Shown: positions 27,408-41,358 of the stretch, piece after piece
Layout: each line of letters opens with the position of its first letter
Position numbering within the stretch: position 1 is the stretch's first letter
Source: Eledone cirrhosa
Lineage: Eukaryota
DNA: 64,000 nucleotides
Assembly (NCBI GenBank): GCA_964016885.1
Contig: OZ024741.1
Span: 206,956,001 to 207,020,000, forward strand
Direction: 5' to 3'
Translations under genes and position numbers: made by a program
The notes under the pieces: generated by a model
What the model saw: only the letters and a program-made list of their open reading frames with translations
Told to the model about the DNA's origin: nothing
Databases searched by the model: none

Positions 27408-30400
27408 TTTAAAAAAATCCAAAAAATCAAAAAAAATCAAAATCAAAGCAGCACAGCAACAACGAAAAACGTAAAGAAAATAAAAATGAAGAGAAAAACA
27501 AACGGACGGACAGAGAAGGGAAGGGAAAAACTAAGTCAGACATTCAAACACTACATTACAATGAAACTTATGCTTATTCATTTTGGGGGTTTTTTCGGCC
27601 TGTTTGTTTGTTTGTTTATTTGGGTTCGTCTACAGCGTGATAATGCCACACAAAAGTCACGTGGAGTGACGAAACCACCGGAGACAAGTAATTCACCGGT
27701 GGTTATGTAACCATACATTCGCCAATCCTCGATAAGAGTGTTTAAATGTCGAACCTAAACAGTTCGAATAACGGTGAAATGGAGATTAGAATGTCATGTG
27801 ACAGACTCACCCAACAGGTGCTCCCTGGCTCAGCAGCAGGGACTTGGCTGTCAAACAAACACTGCTGGTGACGGAGGAAGAAGAAGAAGGAAAGGGACCA
27901 GAACCAACTGGACGAAAGAATTGAATAGAACTGCTATGCAATGTTACCTGAAGAGTAACCCCAAGGAGAAAGGCTATAGGAAAGGATGCATAACATCTGG
28001 AACGAGATTGGTCCACAAAAACTGGCCGGGCAGGCTCGGGTAATAAGAACTAATGGGTGGATAAGCGAGCTGGAACTGGAGGAACTGAGCAGAGAGATTA
28101 GCTTGGAGATGGAGGGTGGAGTATGCCAGGCAAACGAGCCAGTGGGAAATGAAGGTGAAGAGGTCGAGAGAACGGAGGAAACACCCGAAACAGACAATGA
28201 TCTGAATGCTGAGATAAATAATACCTGGAACAGAGATATGGCCACTGTGGAGATGAATGCTGACGGGCTAGGACAAGATTTGGTAGATATCCTAAACTTA
28301 GTGGTAGATGAATTGAACAATGATAGTGGGAGACCTATGAACCTAAGATTTGTAGACAGGAAAAAGTTAAAATTAACAACAGCTAAGGTAAACAAAGTCA
28401 TCCCATACCTTGAGGCGAGGAGCCTTCACCAGTGCAACAATATCCTCAAAGCAACAGCAAATACGGCGAGGAAACGACTTGGTATAAAAGCGAGAGGAAA
28501 CAACAGACAAGAAAGAGCAGAGCCTTGGTGGAAGAAACGACTGAGTGGTCAAATCAGGGAAATGAGAAATGACATTGGAAAGCTTGAGTCCCTACTGAAT
28601 GGGACACTAAAAAACATAGACACTAAAAATAGACTGGAAATAGAGTACAACACTAGGAGGAAAAAGCTAAATATTATCATAGAGGAACTGAAGCAACGCA
28701 TTGTAGCAAAGAGGGCAAAAATCAGGCGATACGAGAACAGAGTCAGCCAGTATAGACCGCAACTTCGACAACAACCAGAAGATGCTGTTTGGACAGCTTG
28801 AAGGGAAAGAAAGAGGCAACGACTTGATCCCTGAGGTGGAACAAACTAAAACATTCTGGAGAGGAATATGGGAGCAGGATGTTAAACATAATGACCAGGC
28901 AGTGTGGATTGAGACAGTACAGAAGGAGATCAGTGAACAGGCATGCCAACAAACTGATTTGAGTATCACAGTTGAAACTCTTAAGGGGCAGGCCAAGAAA
29001 CTAACCAACTGGAAATCACCTGGCCCAGATGGTGTGCAGGGGTATTGGATTAAAAACATAACATCCCTCCACCCGAAACTGACAACCATGTTCAATGACT
29101 GCTTGATGTCAGGTGAGGTACCAGAGTGATTGACAAAAGGTACCACAGTTCTGATAATGAAAGACCGAATCAAGGGTAATGATGTTACCAACTATAGACC
29201 TATCACATGTCTGTCCGTAATGTGGAAACTGTTGACAAGCATTATGTCTGAGGAAATCTACCATCACCTCCACACAAACAACTTATTACCGGACGAACAG
29301 AAAGGACGCCGAAAGAAGTCACGTGGTACAAAGGACCAGTTACTTATTGATAAGATGGTAATGAGGAATTGCAAGAAGAGACACACTGGTCTTGCCATGG
29401 GATGGATAGACTACAAAAAGGCATTTGACATGGTGCCTCATTCTTGGATCACCAAAAGCCTGGAGATCTTCAAGGTGGCAGATAACATCAGACAGTTGTT
29501 GGGCAAAAGTATGAAGTCCTGGGAAACAGAGTTAACATCAACTGGAGAATCCTTGGGAAGCGTGAAGATCAAGAGAGGTATCTTCCAGGGAGATAGTCTG
29601 TCCTCTCTGTTGTTTGTCCTTGCCTGATGCCCCTGACCAGTGTACTGCAGAAAGTGAGTGCAGAATCCAGGTTGGGAAAGGGAGGGCTTACCATCAATCA
29701 CCTCCTCTTCATGGACGATCTTAAGCTCTTCGGGAAGAGTGAGAAGAAGTTGGATGTGCTTGTTGACACTGTCCGTATTTTCAGAAATGATATATGTATG
29801 CAATTTGGTATTAGTAAGTGTGGAGCCATTGTGATGAGGAGGGTAAGTTGAGCAGAAGTAACGGAATCCAGATACCAACAGGTGAGATGATAAAGGAAAT
29901 TGACTCTGAGGAAGGATACAAGTATTTGGGCGTTCTGGAGGCTGATGACATCAAGAACAAAAAAAATGAAGGAATTGATAAGAACTGAATACCTTCGGAG
30001 AGTAAGGAGCGTATTAAAGTCACATCTGAACAGTAGGAATGCCATAAGTGCAGTAAATTCCCGAGCTGTGTCTATTATTAGGTACAGTGCAGGAATTCTG
30101 AGATGGAATGTTGCTGAACAAAAAGAAATGGATAGGAAGACTAGGAAGCTATTGACTATCTACAATATGTTCCACAAGAGGAGTGATGTCGATAGACTCT
30201 ACTTAAGGAGATCTGAAGGTGGAAGAGGTCTTATCAGCATAGAGGACTGTGTTCAGATGGAGTAAAACAACCTACACAAATACGTGACTGATAGTAAGGA
30301 GCCAATGCTCAGAACTGTACTGAAATAGGGGACAATAGGCCAGGGGATGTCCAAGGAGGAAATAACATCAAGGAGAAAGAGCAGCCTTCAGGAAAAATCC

Positions 30401-31253
30401 CTTCATAGTACCTTCTTTGAGAAAACTGAATTTAGAGATCCACAGACATGGAACTGGTTGAAAAGAGGAGACCTTAAAAAGGCTACAGAAGGAATGTTAA
30501 TGGCTGCGCAAGAGCAGGCCCTCAAAACGAAGTGGTTGAAACACCACATTTACAAGGAGGAGGCTAGCCCACTGTGCAGGATCTGTGGAGAGAGAGAGAG
30601 AGAGGAGACTGTGGCTCACATTGTATCCGAGTGTAAACACCTAGCCCAGACTCACTATAAGGGCTGGAGACATGATGTGATGGGCAGGGTGATCCACGGG
30701 CACCTATGCAAAGTAAACAATTTACCACATTCTGAGAAGTGGTATGAGCATAAGACAGAGGCGGTGATAGAAAACGTTCAGGTGAAGGTGCTGTGGGAAT
30801 TTAGGATACAGACGGACAAGAAACTGGAACACAATAGACCTAACCTGGCGGTTTTGGACAAAGAAAAGAGATCGTGTCTGATTGTGGATGTGGCCTGCCC
30901 ATTCGACACGAGAGTGCAAGAGAAGGAGAGGGAGAAAATTAACCGATACCAGGACTTAAAGTGGGAGGTAAAAAGGATTTGGAACTGCCATGAAGTCAAA
31001 GTGATCCCGATTGTCATAGGCGCACTAGGGACTATCTCAAAAAGTTTCCAGTGATGGTTAAAGAAAATTGGCACCTTCACGCTTTTTGGAACGCTTCAAA
31101 AGGCATGCTTGCTGGGAACAGCAAGAACCCTCCGATACGTCCTGAATATCTGAGGCTGCAGGTAATGGCTTGATATTCATTTCAACAAACTTTCCAGTTA
31201 ACTAACATCAATGACTGAGACTAAAAAAAAATAATAATAATAATAATAATAAT
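27408..31253 (+). mobile_element. Near full-length RLE non-LTR retrotransposon, R4/Dong clade (family B), pseudogenised
   Basis: N-terminus WTKELNRTAMQCYLKSNP; [25 protein letters not shown]; CRIC..HIVSEC, RHD, RPNL..VDVACP..RYQDL; bounded on both sides by (TAA)n. Confidence 0.9.
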
Positions 31254-31254
31254 G

Positions 31255-34200
31255 AGTTTTTTATTGGCCACATGGGCTGACATTAAGAAAAACATTACAG
31301 ACGGCACAGGACGGTAGAGGACGGTACGGTGTGGGTTTTGTGCGTGTAAAGATTTTTATTATTTATATAAAAAAAGAAAAAAATGACATAGAAACACATA
31401 TATATATATAAACAATAAAAATGAAAATTGTATCAATGAAAAAATTCCCCAATAGGGGGGAAGCCTCTGAGGGTTACTCGTGGCGAAAACCTCACAAAAG
31501 ACTATGGCCTCCCTGACCACCAGGGCAAGTGCCCTCTCTCAATGTTTCCATTTCTCAAACTACAGGCGTATATTCAGAGCGGTCCCGTTCACTCGGACCA
31601 TTCTCGCTATATTCACCCACCTTTCAATAAACTTGCTAGAAAGTAGCACTGCCTCTCCACCCTGATTTTCCTCTTCAAGTGAAACTTGAAAAAGTTAATT
31701 AGGGATTCGCCGAAGAGGAAAGTGTCTGTCTTTAACCCTTTCAACCTTGTCCACTATACAATCTCCTTCGCCATGGCTACTAGGCAGATGAAAACCTCCT
31801 GCCCTTCCTCTTCGCAGGAAGACGGCGAGACCATCTGCACAATGGACTCAGTCGATAACCGGATCAGTCCTACACGCGATAGTAACTGTTCGACATAGCT
31901 CCACAAGTCAGCAATGCACGCATCTCGGACAGGCTCGGCTGACGGCACTTCCATGCCTGTAGAGCTCGAACTGGCAACGCTCCCCGGTAGAACTGCCAGG
32001 CCAGGGATCTTTGGAAGTTATCCATAGGTCCTGGGCTGAAAGTTCTCCGGAAGAGAGCAAACAGCTGTTCTTCTTCGACGCCCAGAATCTCTCCGAGAAC
32101 GTTGTCAATCTTCTCCTCCACTAGTCCTCTATAGAACGCCGAGGTGGATGTTCCACCGATACTGGTGCCCAGCTGGTAGAGGGCGGTGAGCGCCCGGAGA
32201 CATTCCAGTTTCCAAGCGCTATACGTCGGTCATTTCCTTATCCAGGACTGCAGCTCCGTCAAGGAGACAAGCTGTGGGAAAACATCCCTGGCGTACTGCG
32301 ACCACACGTGTTCATCCCCAAGGAAGCACCAGAGATGTCGCAGCCTTCGCGTATGTTTGCGCATCATCAGCCATGGAATGCCCAGTCCTCCACGCAACGG
32401 GTGTTGACAGCAGATGGATCGTCTGACCATGGAAGCGCGTCCCTTCCACAAAAAGCTGAAGAGGAGGCGCTCCATTTTGGTGAGAGTTGAGCCGGGGCAA
32501 GAGACGACGGTGAGGCGGTAGTAGGTGACGGATGCGTTGTACGCATTCTCCACCTCTACCCGGCCTTTCAGGCACAGCTTCCTCTCGGCCCATTTCTGGG
32601 TGAGGGAGGCCACCCTGCTCGTCACCTCGCTCCAGCTTTTCTCCATCTGGAGGTCCGGTGCGAACCAGACCCCGAGCAATTTAACCGGTCCGTCTGTCCG
32701 ACGCCCCACGACGCTAACGGACGGCAAGGACTTGCCTCTCCAGGTGCCAAGCTGCAAGCCCACCAACTTTTTCTGGTTTATCCTTGCTCCTGTCACCACT
32801 TCGTATTCATTGAGAGCGTCGTCCGCATCCTAGTTAGCGTGGGACGCCCCTCGTCACCGCCATTTGTGCAGTAACGGCTCGAGAGCCAATACATAGAAGA
32901 GGGACGAGAGGTGACAACCCTGGCGGACCGAGCGCATGATTCTGAACGGCTGCGACAGTGACCATTCACCCTCACAACTGAGCAAATGTCTCTGAAAACG
33001 GGCCCGAAACCGGCTTCCTCCAGGACCGCCACCAAGTACCGATGGTCGACCCTATCGAATACTTTGAATTGATTCAAGTTGATCAGAGCCCCACCCGTAC
33101 CAGGTTCCTTAACAACCGTCTCTACGATGTATCGCATTAGGTGGAGGTTGTCGTGTATGGATCTGTCCGGAATGGCGCATGTCTGCACCTCTCCCACCAG
33201 ACCCTCGAGGACAAGCGCCAACCTCGTCGCTAACACCTTGGCCAAAATCTTGAACTCTGCGTTTAGCAGGGTTATTGGCCAGAAGTTATCGATAACATCC
33301 CCCTTGTTCGGGTCTTTTCTCAGCAGCGCCACCGCTCCCCGGCTCACAAAACTAGGAATGCTCCCGTTCTGCTGCCAGTTGGTCACCGAACAAGTCTGGC
33401 ATAAATGCATAAAGCTCGTAGGGCAGACATCTAAACCTGTCGATTTACCCCTCGTGCAGTTAGCCATCGCTTCCCGTGTTTCACCGGCTGTTTTTGTTTT
33501 TTCGCAAAACTGTGCTGCGGTCGTCGAGAGCCGGTGCAGTCCGTCGAGGTATGCACTGAAGTTCATACCCCGATCCGGCCCGCTGCTTCTCCCAAACAGT
33601 TCAGCAAGGTGTTGCTGAAAAGCCTCACACGCGCCCGTTTTGGTCAGACAGACTGAATTGTGGCTTTGTTGCCACGCCGCGGCTCTGCCACTCGGGCCCA
33701 TTGGACGGCTTTTGTTCCCTCGGGTTTCAGAGCACGCGCTCTAGCTCTGACAACGCAGCCTTCGTGTTTTGCGTTGAAGAATTGGTCGAGTGCCACTCTT
33801 ACCGCAAGCACGTCGGTTGCGATGCCTGTCCTCTATAGAACGCCGAGGTGGATGTTCCACTGATACTAGTGCCCACCTGGTAGAGGGCGGTGAGCGCTAG
33901 GAGACATTCCAGCTTCCAAGCGCTATCCCTCGGTCTTTTCCTGATCAAGGACTGCAGCTCCGTCAAGGAGACGAGCTGGGGAAAAGCGCGTCTGGTAACG
34001 GCGACCACAACTGTTCACCGTCAAGGAAGCACCATGGATGTCACAGCCTCAGCGCATGTTTGCACATCATCAGCCACGGCATGCCTAGTCCTCGACGCAA
34101 TGGGTGTTGACAGCCAATGAGTAGTCTGACCATGGGAGCAACAACGCTAATGGACGGCATGGAGTTGGCTCTCAAGGTGCCGAGCTGCAAGCCCACCGAC

Positions 34201-34582
34201 CTTTCCTGGTTTTGCTCCTGTCACCACTTCGTATTCCTTGAGAGCGGTGCCGAACATCTGGACGTGTTTGGTGCTCGACACCACCACGGTGACGTCGTCG
34301 GCGTAAGCTGACACTGATCTCCCACATCCCTGTTCGCGTGGGCCCCCCCTCATCGTCTCCAATTTGTGCAGTAACGGCTCTAGGGCCAGTACGGACAAGA
34401 AGGACGATAGGGGACAACCCTGGCGGACCGAGCGCATGATGCTGAAAGGCTGCGACAGGTGACCATTTACGCTCACAATCGAGAAGGTGTCGCTGTGCAT
34501 CGCAGCGATACAGCCCCTAAAAACGGGCCCCAACCGGCCACTTCGTGGACCGCAGCCAGGTACCGATGGTCGATCCTATCAA
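31255..34582 (-). mobile_element. Rearranged L1/Tx1-like LINE ORF2 fragments (two partial copies)
   Basis: WPITLLNAEFKILAK, FDRVDHRYL, VRQGCPLS, AYADDV, GGLGIP. Segment ~32125-32420 is repeated at ~33830-34115. Confidence 0.85.
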
Positions 34583-35190
34583 ATGCTCAGAGAGGACAGC
34601 GAAATAGAAGACGAAATAGAAGACGAAGGCTAAACAGAAAAAATGAATGGAATAACAACAACACCCAAACAAACAATACTGACCTAAGAGAAATATAAAT
34701 AAATAAAAAAATAATAAATACATACACAAGCACAATAACAACAAACACATATAAACACACATTCGTAAACTAAGATAGAATACAATAACCAATACACAGT
34801 CACCCAAACACAATACACACACGCAAACGCATGCGCAGAGAAGAAGGCAAAAATAAATAAATAAATAAAGATGGCGTAGGCATACCATACAACAGGAGGA
34901 AACATAATAGCAACACTGACGATGTTGCAGATGTGCAACAAAAGAACTTTGTTAGATTATATATATGTGTTTGTGTCTATATTATATTTGTGTTTTAGAC
35001 CGTTGGTCAGTCAATGGTAACATTGAGGACCGAATAAATTAAATTAACCGATATAAAAGACACAGAAGCCAAAACCAACCAAACAGTGAGTGTGTTATGT
35101 TATTAATTCTGGCAATATTATTACACAAATATGACCCTTCCCAAGTATAACAATATTTGTTTCGACACACGATTTCACATCAAAAACCTC
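34583..35190 (+). mobile_element. Penelope-like pseudo-LTR remnant with degenerate hammerhead at 34912-34953
   Basis: Shares CGCATGCGCAGA, AAGATGGCGTA and ATGACCCT.CCAAGTATAACAATAT with the pLTRs at 37500-37890 and 46290-46800. HHR reads AACA CTGACGA T GTTGCA GATG TGCAAC AAAA GAAC TT TGTT (G12 lost). Confidence 0.7.
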
Positions 35191-35194
35191 GCAA

Positions 35195-35232
<38 letters not shown>

Positions 35233-35867
35233 ATTTAGAGTTTACTCTCAATGGGGTCATTTACAATTATTTTAGCTCTAAGAATCATTTCTGAGCAGTA
35301 TAAATTAATATATGATAAACACTTACGTGTTGTAAATGACCCCATTGAGTGTAAACTCTAAATTATATTATATTACTGCTCCCTCAGTTGAGCTGAATTT
35401 GTAATCCTATATAAACGGCTGTTATTTCTAGCACTATGAGTATGGGAGGCTAGAGGACTGGAATAATTCGTGTGCAAAACCTCGTGTATTTTCGCCACGT
35501 TAACCAGACCTTAGATATTTTTCCGAGGTGAAGTTACTTAATTTATCTGGGTACCTATTGATAAACACAGAAAATTAATTTTCTCACTGCTAATTAATTA
35601 ATTATTTCACTATTATACCATCGTTTGTGAAACATGTTTAAATTTTGAAGTTCGGACTGATCTGCGGAAAAAGTTTGTATTTTGAAATTTAAACGTGTCT
35701 AGGTAACAAGGCCTTTTGCCGATATGTGTTTGTGAGTATTGATTTATTATTTTTTAGATCGACACAGGCAGACTATATGTATTTGAATTAAGATATTTCA
35801 TTCTAGCTATTTTATTGTCAAATACAACAAAAACACGTGTTTATCATATATTAATTTATATATATAT

Positions 35868-36036
<169 letters not shown>

Positions 36037-36213
36037 TGGGTTGCCTGGCAGGTACATAGGCTGACTATGAATGAGTAATACTAGAACTATGAAATCTTGC
36101 ATTCATTAATTCTAGCTCTTATAAAAAACACCATTATTGTTTCGTTCCAGGTAAACTGACATCTGTAATTAGAAGCAACTCTTGGGCATATGTTTTTCCA
36201 TATGGTTTTCCAA

Positions 36214-37884
36214 GAATGGAAAAACATATGCCCAAGAGGAAGGAGCAGCCATTGGTGTTAGCATTGCAGGCGACATAGCTAACTTATTAATGGTATGGTG
36301 GGACAGTAGACTTAAACGTAAACTTAAAGAACAATTAGAAGACCCCTTAACCCTGATAATGTACTCCCGCTACGTTGATGATATAAACATCGTAGTTAAA
36401 ACACCCCCACTAGAGAACAGTCAGGAATTAGAGAAAAACACAATGGAAAGCATCCAGCAAATAGCTAACTCCATCCACCAGAGTATTAGAGTTACTATAG
36501 ACTACCCAAGTAAATATCCCAACCATCGATTACCTGTACTAGACACAGAGCTCTGGTTAGATACCATTAATAACAAAAAACAAATCCTCCATTCCCATTA
36601 TGCCAAACCCATGACTTCCAAATATCTGATCCACCGAAACTCATCTGTTTCGGACCATACCAAAATCAACATACTGATTGCGGATTTGGTACGGGTGATG
36701 AGAAACGTGTCCCGCATGTGCAACCCCGAAGAACTAGAGAGACACATACAACACTTCATCCACCGTATGCAGTTCTCTTGTTACAATCAGAAAGATAAAA
36801 TAAGAGTGTATAGAGGAGCCAGAACCAAATGGGAAACAATGGTAAATAATGACACAAATGGGACCTGCCCCTTGTATAGGAGCAAATTTTGGAATAGAAT
36901 AAAAAGAACTAAAAATAAGGCTAATAGAATAAACTCATGGTATGATAGCAATAAATACGAGAGTGTAATGTTCATCGATACAATCCCTAGAGGTGAATTA
37001 GCTTACACATTTAGAAGGGCCCTAGACAAACATAAACTCAATATTAAGATAGTAGAAAGACCAGGTACCTCCGTAAAAACACTTATTAGCAAGACATACC
37101 CTTTTCAAAGACCCCCTGTATAGATAAGAAATGTATAACCTGTAAATTAAGCCCCCATATTAACTGTAAAACTAGAAATGTAGTATATAGCATAAGATGT
37201 ACTGAAGGACAATGTAAAGACAAAAATATAGTGTACATAGGTGAGACAGCTCGTAGTGTAGGGGAACGGATAAATGAACACTGGCGAGACCTTCAAGATA
37301 GTAAAGAATCATCTGTACTCTACCAACATGCTAAAATAGAACATAAGGGTAAATTAGAGAACATAGAAATAAAATAGAATCTACACACAGAAAAGACGCA
37401 ATGTTTAGATAAATCACAGAGGCAATAAACATAAAAGAATTACAACCAAAACTAAATAGAAAACATGAGTGGAACAGCAACATCACAACTTACAATTAAG
37501 GACAAAATGAAAACACACACGCACATAGAACAAACAACCAACCTGTAAATGTAAATAAACAAATAAATAAACGAATATAAACACACACAGACACCCGGAT
37601 GTGGCGCATGCGCAGACTGAGCACACAACACACACACAGAAACAAGATGGCGTACGACAGAACAAAGGAGAGGCACAAAAACAAAGAAAAGAATCCCCAG
37701 TCACTGAAGAGGTCACAGAATGTGTGACGAAAGAAATTTGACAATATATAAACAACCATCTGGTTGTGGAACCAACCAACCGGAAATTTATAAATTCCTA
37801 AATTTATAAATTTATTATAATAAATTGAAGTGAAAGCAACTGGTACGTGTGTTTCTTATTGGCAACATGACCCTCCCAAAGTAT

Positions 37885-37895
<11 letters not shown>
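36214..37895 (+). mobile_element. 5'-truncated Penelope-like element (RT C-terminus, GIY-YIG, pLTR)
   Basis: YSRYVDD and VYIGETAR; highly similar to 45000-46780; stops in the endonuclease region. Confidence 0.92.
37699..37742 (+). ncRNA. pLTR hammerhead, stem III degenerate
   Basis: GTCA CTGAAGA G GTCACA GAATG TGTGAC GAAA GAAA TT TGAC. Confidence 0.6.
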
Positions 37896-37914
<19 letters not shown>

Positions 37915-37917
<3 letters not shown>

Positions 37918-39112
37918 ACTAGCAATAGATTGACATATATATATATAAAATAAACATATGAAACAATCACGGGGAATAATTTGTAAAGAATGTAAGCACA
38001 CATAACTAGGTAGGTAACTAATTAAAGTTTAACTAGAACTTCAAATATAGATACCTTTTTAAATGATTAATCTCCTTTGTATATATTTCTTTAAGTAAGA
38101 AATATATTTCACCAATTAATCCGTAAATCACAGCGGTCAAATTCCCGGATGGTCACCAAAGGAGGAGAAGATAACTATCTGCGTTTACAAAGCAAATGCA
38201 AATCTGTGAATGACTCGAACCAGGTGTTGCATTTTAAAAAAAATAAAGAATATATACAAGAATATATACAAGAATATATACAAGAAATATATACAAAGGA
38301 GATTAATCATTTTAAAAGGTATCTATATTTGAAGTTCTAGTTAAACTTTAATTAGTTACCTACCTAGCTATGTGTGCTTACACACTTTACAAATTATTCC
38401 CTGTGATTGTTTCATATCTTTATTTTATATATATATATATGTCAATCTATTTCTAGTTTATATGTAATGCTCGGATCTATTCATTGGAATCTTTTAGCTT
38501 ATTCTACAGTGGATATGGCGCATGTCCCTCAGACATGACAACCCTTAATTTTAATTTTGGATATATATACGGCCCCTTGATTGTTGAGCTAATTCAGTTG
38601 AATAGACTCGGCTGCTATTTCTGGCTGTCGATGGTCCTATTCACGCCACTGGGATGACGTTGTGCAATGTGTGTATTTTTTTTTAAATGCAACACGTGGT
38701 TCGAGTCATTCACAGATTTGCATTTGCTTTGTAAACGCAGATAGTTATCTTCTGCTCCTTTGGTGACCATCCGAGAATTTGACTACTGTGATTTACGGAT
38801 TAATTGGTGAAATATATTTCTTACTTAAAGAAATATATACAAAGGAGATAATCATTTTAAATGGTATTTATATTTGAAGTTCTAGTTAAACTTTAATTAG
38901 TTACCTACCTAGTTATGTGTGCTTACATTCTTTACACATTATTCCCTGTGATTGTTTCATATGTTCATTTTATATATATATATATGTCAATCTATTTCTA
39001 GTTAATATGTAATGCTCGGATCTATTCATTGGAATCTTTGAGCTTATTCTACACTGGATATGGTGCATGTCTCTCAAACATGACAACCCCTTAATTTTAA
39101 TTTTGGATATAT
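37915..39112. repeat. ~546-bp unit as an inverted copy plus about 1.5 tandem copies
   Basis: GTTAAACTTTAATTAG at 38340 and 38886; ~37920-38245 is the reverse complement of ~38680-39000. Confidence 0.9.
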
Positions 39113-39401
39113 ATATATATACATTAAATTTAAAGGGTATATATATATATATATATATAAATTAGACAAAGTCATAGATACATATATATGTTTTTGGCAA
39201 CCATTCACGGTGTGGCTCAATGAAGAATTAATTAAATAATTAATAATCAGAGCAATATATAAAAAAGTAAGTCCAAAGAATCATTAGATAAAATATATAC
39301 AGTATTTTTTCTCCCAATCAGTATAAATCAACCACACAAAAAATAATTTAAACGTGGCTATAAGTTTAAAATGTACTTATGAAGAAATAATAGACAAATG
39401 A

Positions 39402-39543
39402 TATAGCTTCTTTTCCGCGTCTATTATTTGTTCTCATCACTATGAGAACAAATAATAGACGCGGAAAAGAAGCTATAGTAATGTACTGGGTAATTGCTGG
39501 CCTTGTGCCTAAAGTAGAAACAATTATTTGTTCTCATCACTAT
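39402..39543 (+). mobile_element. SINE 3' fragment with 21-bp TSD and inverted copy of the upstream flank
   Basis: TSD ATTATTTGTTCTCATCACTAT at 39423-39443 and 39523-39543; 36-bp-arm hairpin at 39402-39477. Confidence 0.85.
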
Positions 39544-39804
39544 ACACCAGTTATTGATACTGCTACATAAAACACACTTTCTTTTCATAATAAATTTTGA
39601 ATATTTTTAAAATAGTTTTCCTCGTGCTTGAACGATTTCTGTTAGTTTAATGTTTCCATAACACGCTATTTCGCTTTTCCTAATCGTTCCTTGTCTCGAT
39701 ATAAATGTATTTTTCTTCAAGGTAGGCGTTATAAACCATAGTAATGTAAATACAGAACAGATGGACAGAGAATTTGGGATGTACATAAATGCACATGCAC
39801 GTCA

Positions 39805-39945
39805 ATGTAGTTAAGGCGTTCGCTTCACAACCACAATATTTCGGGTTCAGTCAATGCGTGCTAACCTGGGCAGCTGTCTTCTCCTATAGCCTCTACTCGA
39901 CCAATGCTTTTGAGAGGAATTTTAGAGATGGAAACCTGTGAATGA
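39805..39945 (+). mobile_element. Second, older tRNA-derived SINE family (CORE-like)
   Basis: GTAGTTAAG box A-like, GGGTTCAGTC box B-like, ACCTGGGCAGCTGTCTTCT core-like segment. Confidence 0.6.
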
Positions 39946-39997
39946 GTGTTTATGTGTGTGTATGGCAGTTCACTTCTATATTAATGTGAATATGTAT

Positions 39998-40069
<72 letters not shown>

Positions 40070-40078
<9 letters not shown>

Positions 40079-40682
40079 GAGAAGAAAGAAGAATACTGCG
40101 TGGTTGCACATGGGTTACATATGATAAAATTAGTCCTTCGTCAGTGATTTGACAACCATCATTGATATTTCATCGCATTAAAAATCATATACATCAGGTT
40201 GGTGCGAGCAATAACTAAAAAAAGCTATTGGGACAAGTAAATCGCGTAAAGCGAGTGAGACAAGTAAACAACATAAAAGGATGAAAGCAACGCAAAGATG
40301 GGAATAAACAAGCAACATGGTTATCCGGTCAGCTTAAGCTGGGTGGATTTCATGAGCGATCGAAATACAGACCGTCCGACGCGAGTGAGACGTGAGCAAG
40401 AAGAGAACCCACTACTAGCCAAACGGGGGGAAGTGAGAAGGGAGAAACAGAGAGTGAGTGAGTGGAAGTGCGAGGATGAGGTCAGTCGAGAGAAAGTGTA
40501 ACTGACAGAGGGGGCGAAAGAAGGTGAGAGCAACAGAGAGAACGGGGAAGCAGTAAGAGAGAAACAGACAAACGCAGCCGAGGTATATATATATAAAAAA
40601 AACATGAGAAGAAAGAAGGACACTGCGTGGTTGCACATGGGTTACATATGATAAAATTAGTCCTTCGTCAGTGATTTTCCAA

Positions 40683-40687
<5 letters not shown>
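40070..40687. repeat. ~530-bp unit with ~90-bp direct terminal duplication
   Basis: AAAACATGAGAAGAAAGAAG..TCCTTCGTCAGTGATTT at ~40072 and ~40599. Confidence 0.85.
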
Positions 40688-40758
<71 letters not shown>

Positions 40759-41175
40759 ATATAGAATAGAAAACGAAAAAGCAGTGATGCATCAGAACTC
40801 AATTTATTGTGTGTTACAATTGTTTCGCCGGCGAACAGCTCGAGACGTGATCATTGTGTGGATCTGTCTGATTCTGGACCCACAGATTCGACGGACACGT
40901 CTAATGATTTCGGAGCATATTCTCTCACTGGGGTATCTGACTCTCTGCGCCAGTACCGTCAAAAACTTCATCCTCTTCGTTTGTCCTGTGATTGGCTGCT
41001 GGTTGTCTACGTCATCATAATATGTAACCACAGGTACAAGTCCGCTGACCATCAGGGTGATGTCTGTCACATGTCTGCTACACTTCAATAAATTACTGCT
41101 GTGTTTGGTAGTTTACACATCCACGCGCGCACTCACTCACACACACACCACACACAGACAATCACATTAGATAAT

Positions 41176-41358
41176 TGTTTCTACTTTTGGCACAAGGCCA
41201 GCAATTACCCAGTGTATTACTGGTACTTTATTTTATCGACCCCATAAGGATGAAAGGCAAAGTTAACCTCGGCGGGATTTGAACTCAGAATGGCAAGGGC
41301 CGTAACTCTATGCGTCAAAGCATGGCGTCCGACTCTCTACCGATACTGCCAATCCACT
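41176..41358 (-). mobile_element. Full-length SINE with TSD
   Basis: TSD GACAATCACAT(T)AGATAAT on both sides. Confidence 0.9.

Noticed and set aside
40784-41091. Overlapping ~90-aa ORFs in a GC-richer patch
   Set aside because: No recognisable motif and consistent with chance ORFs.
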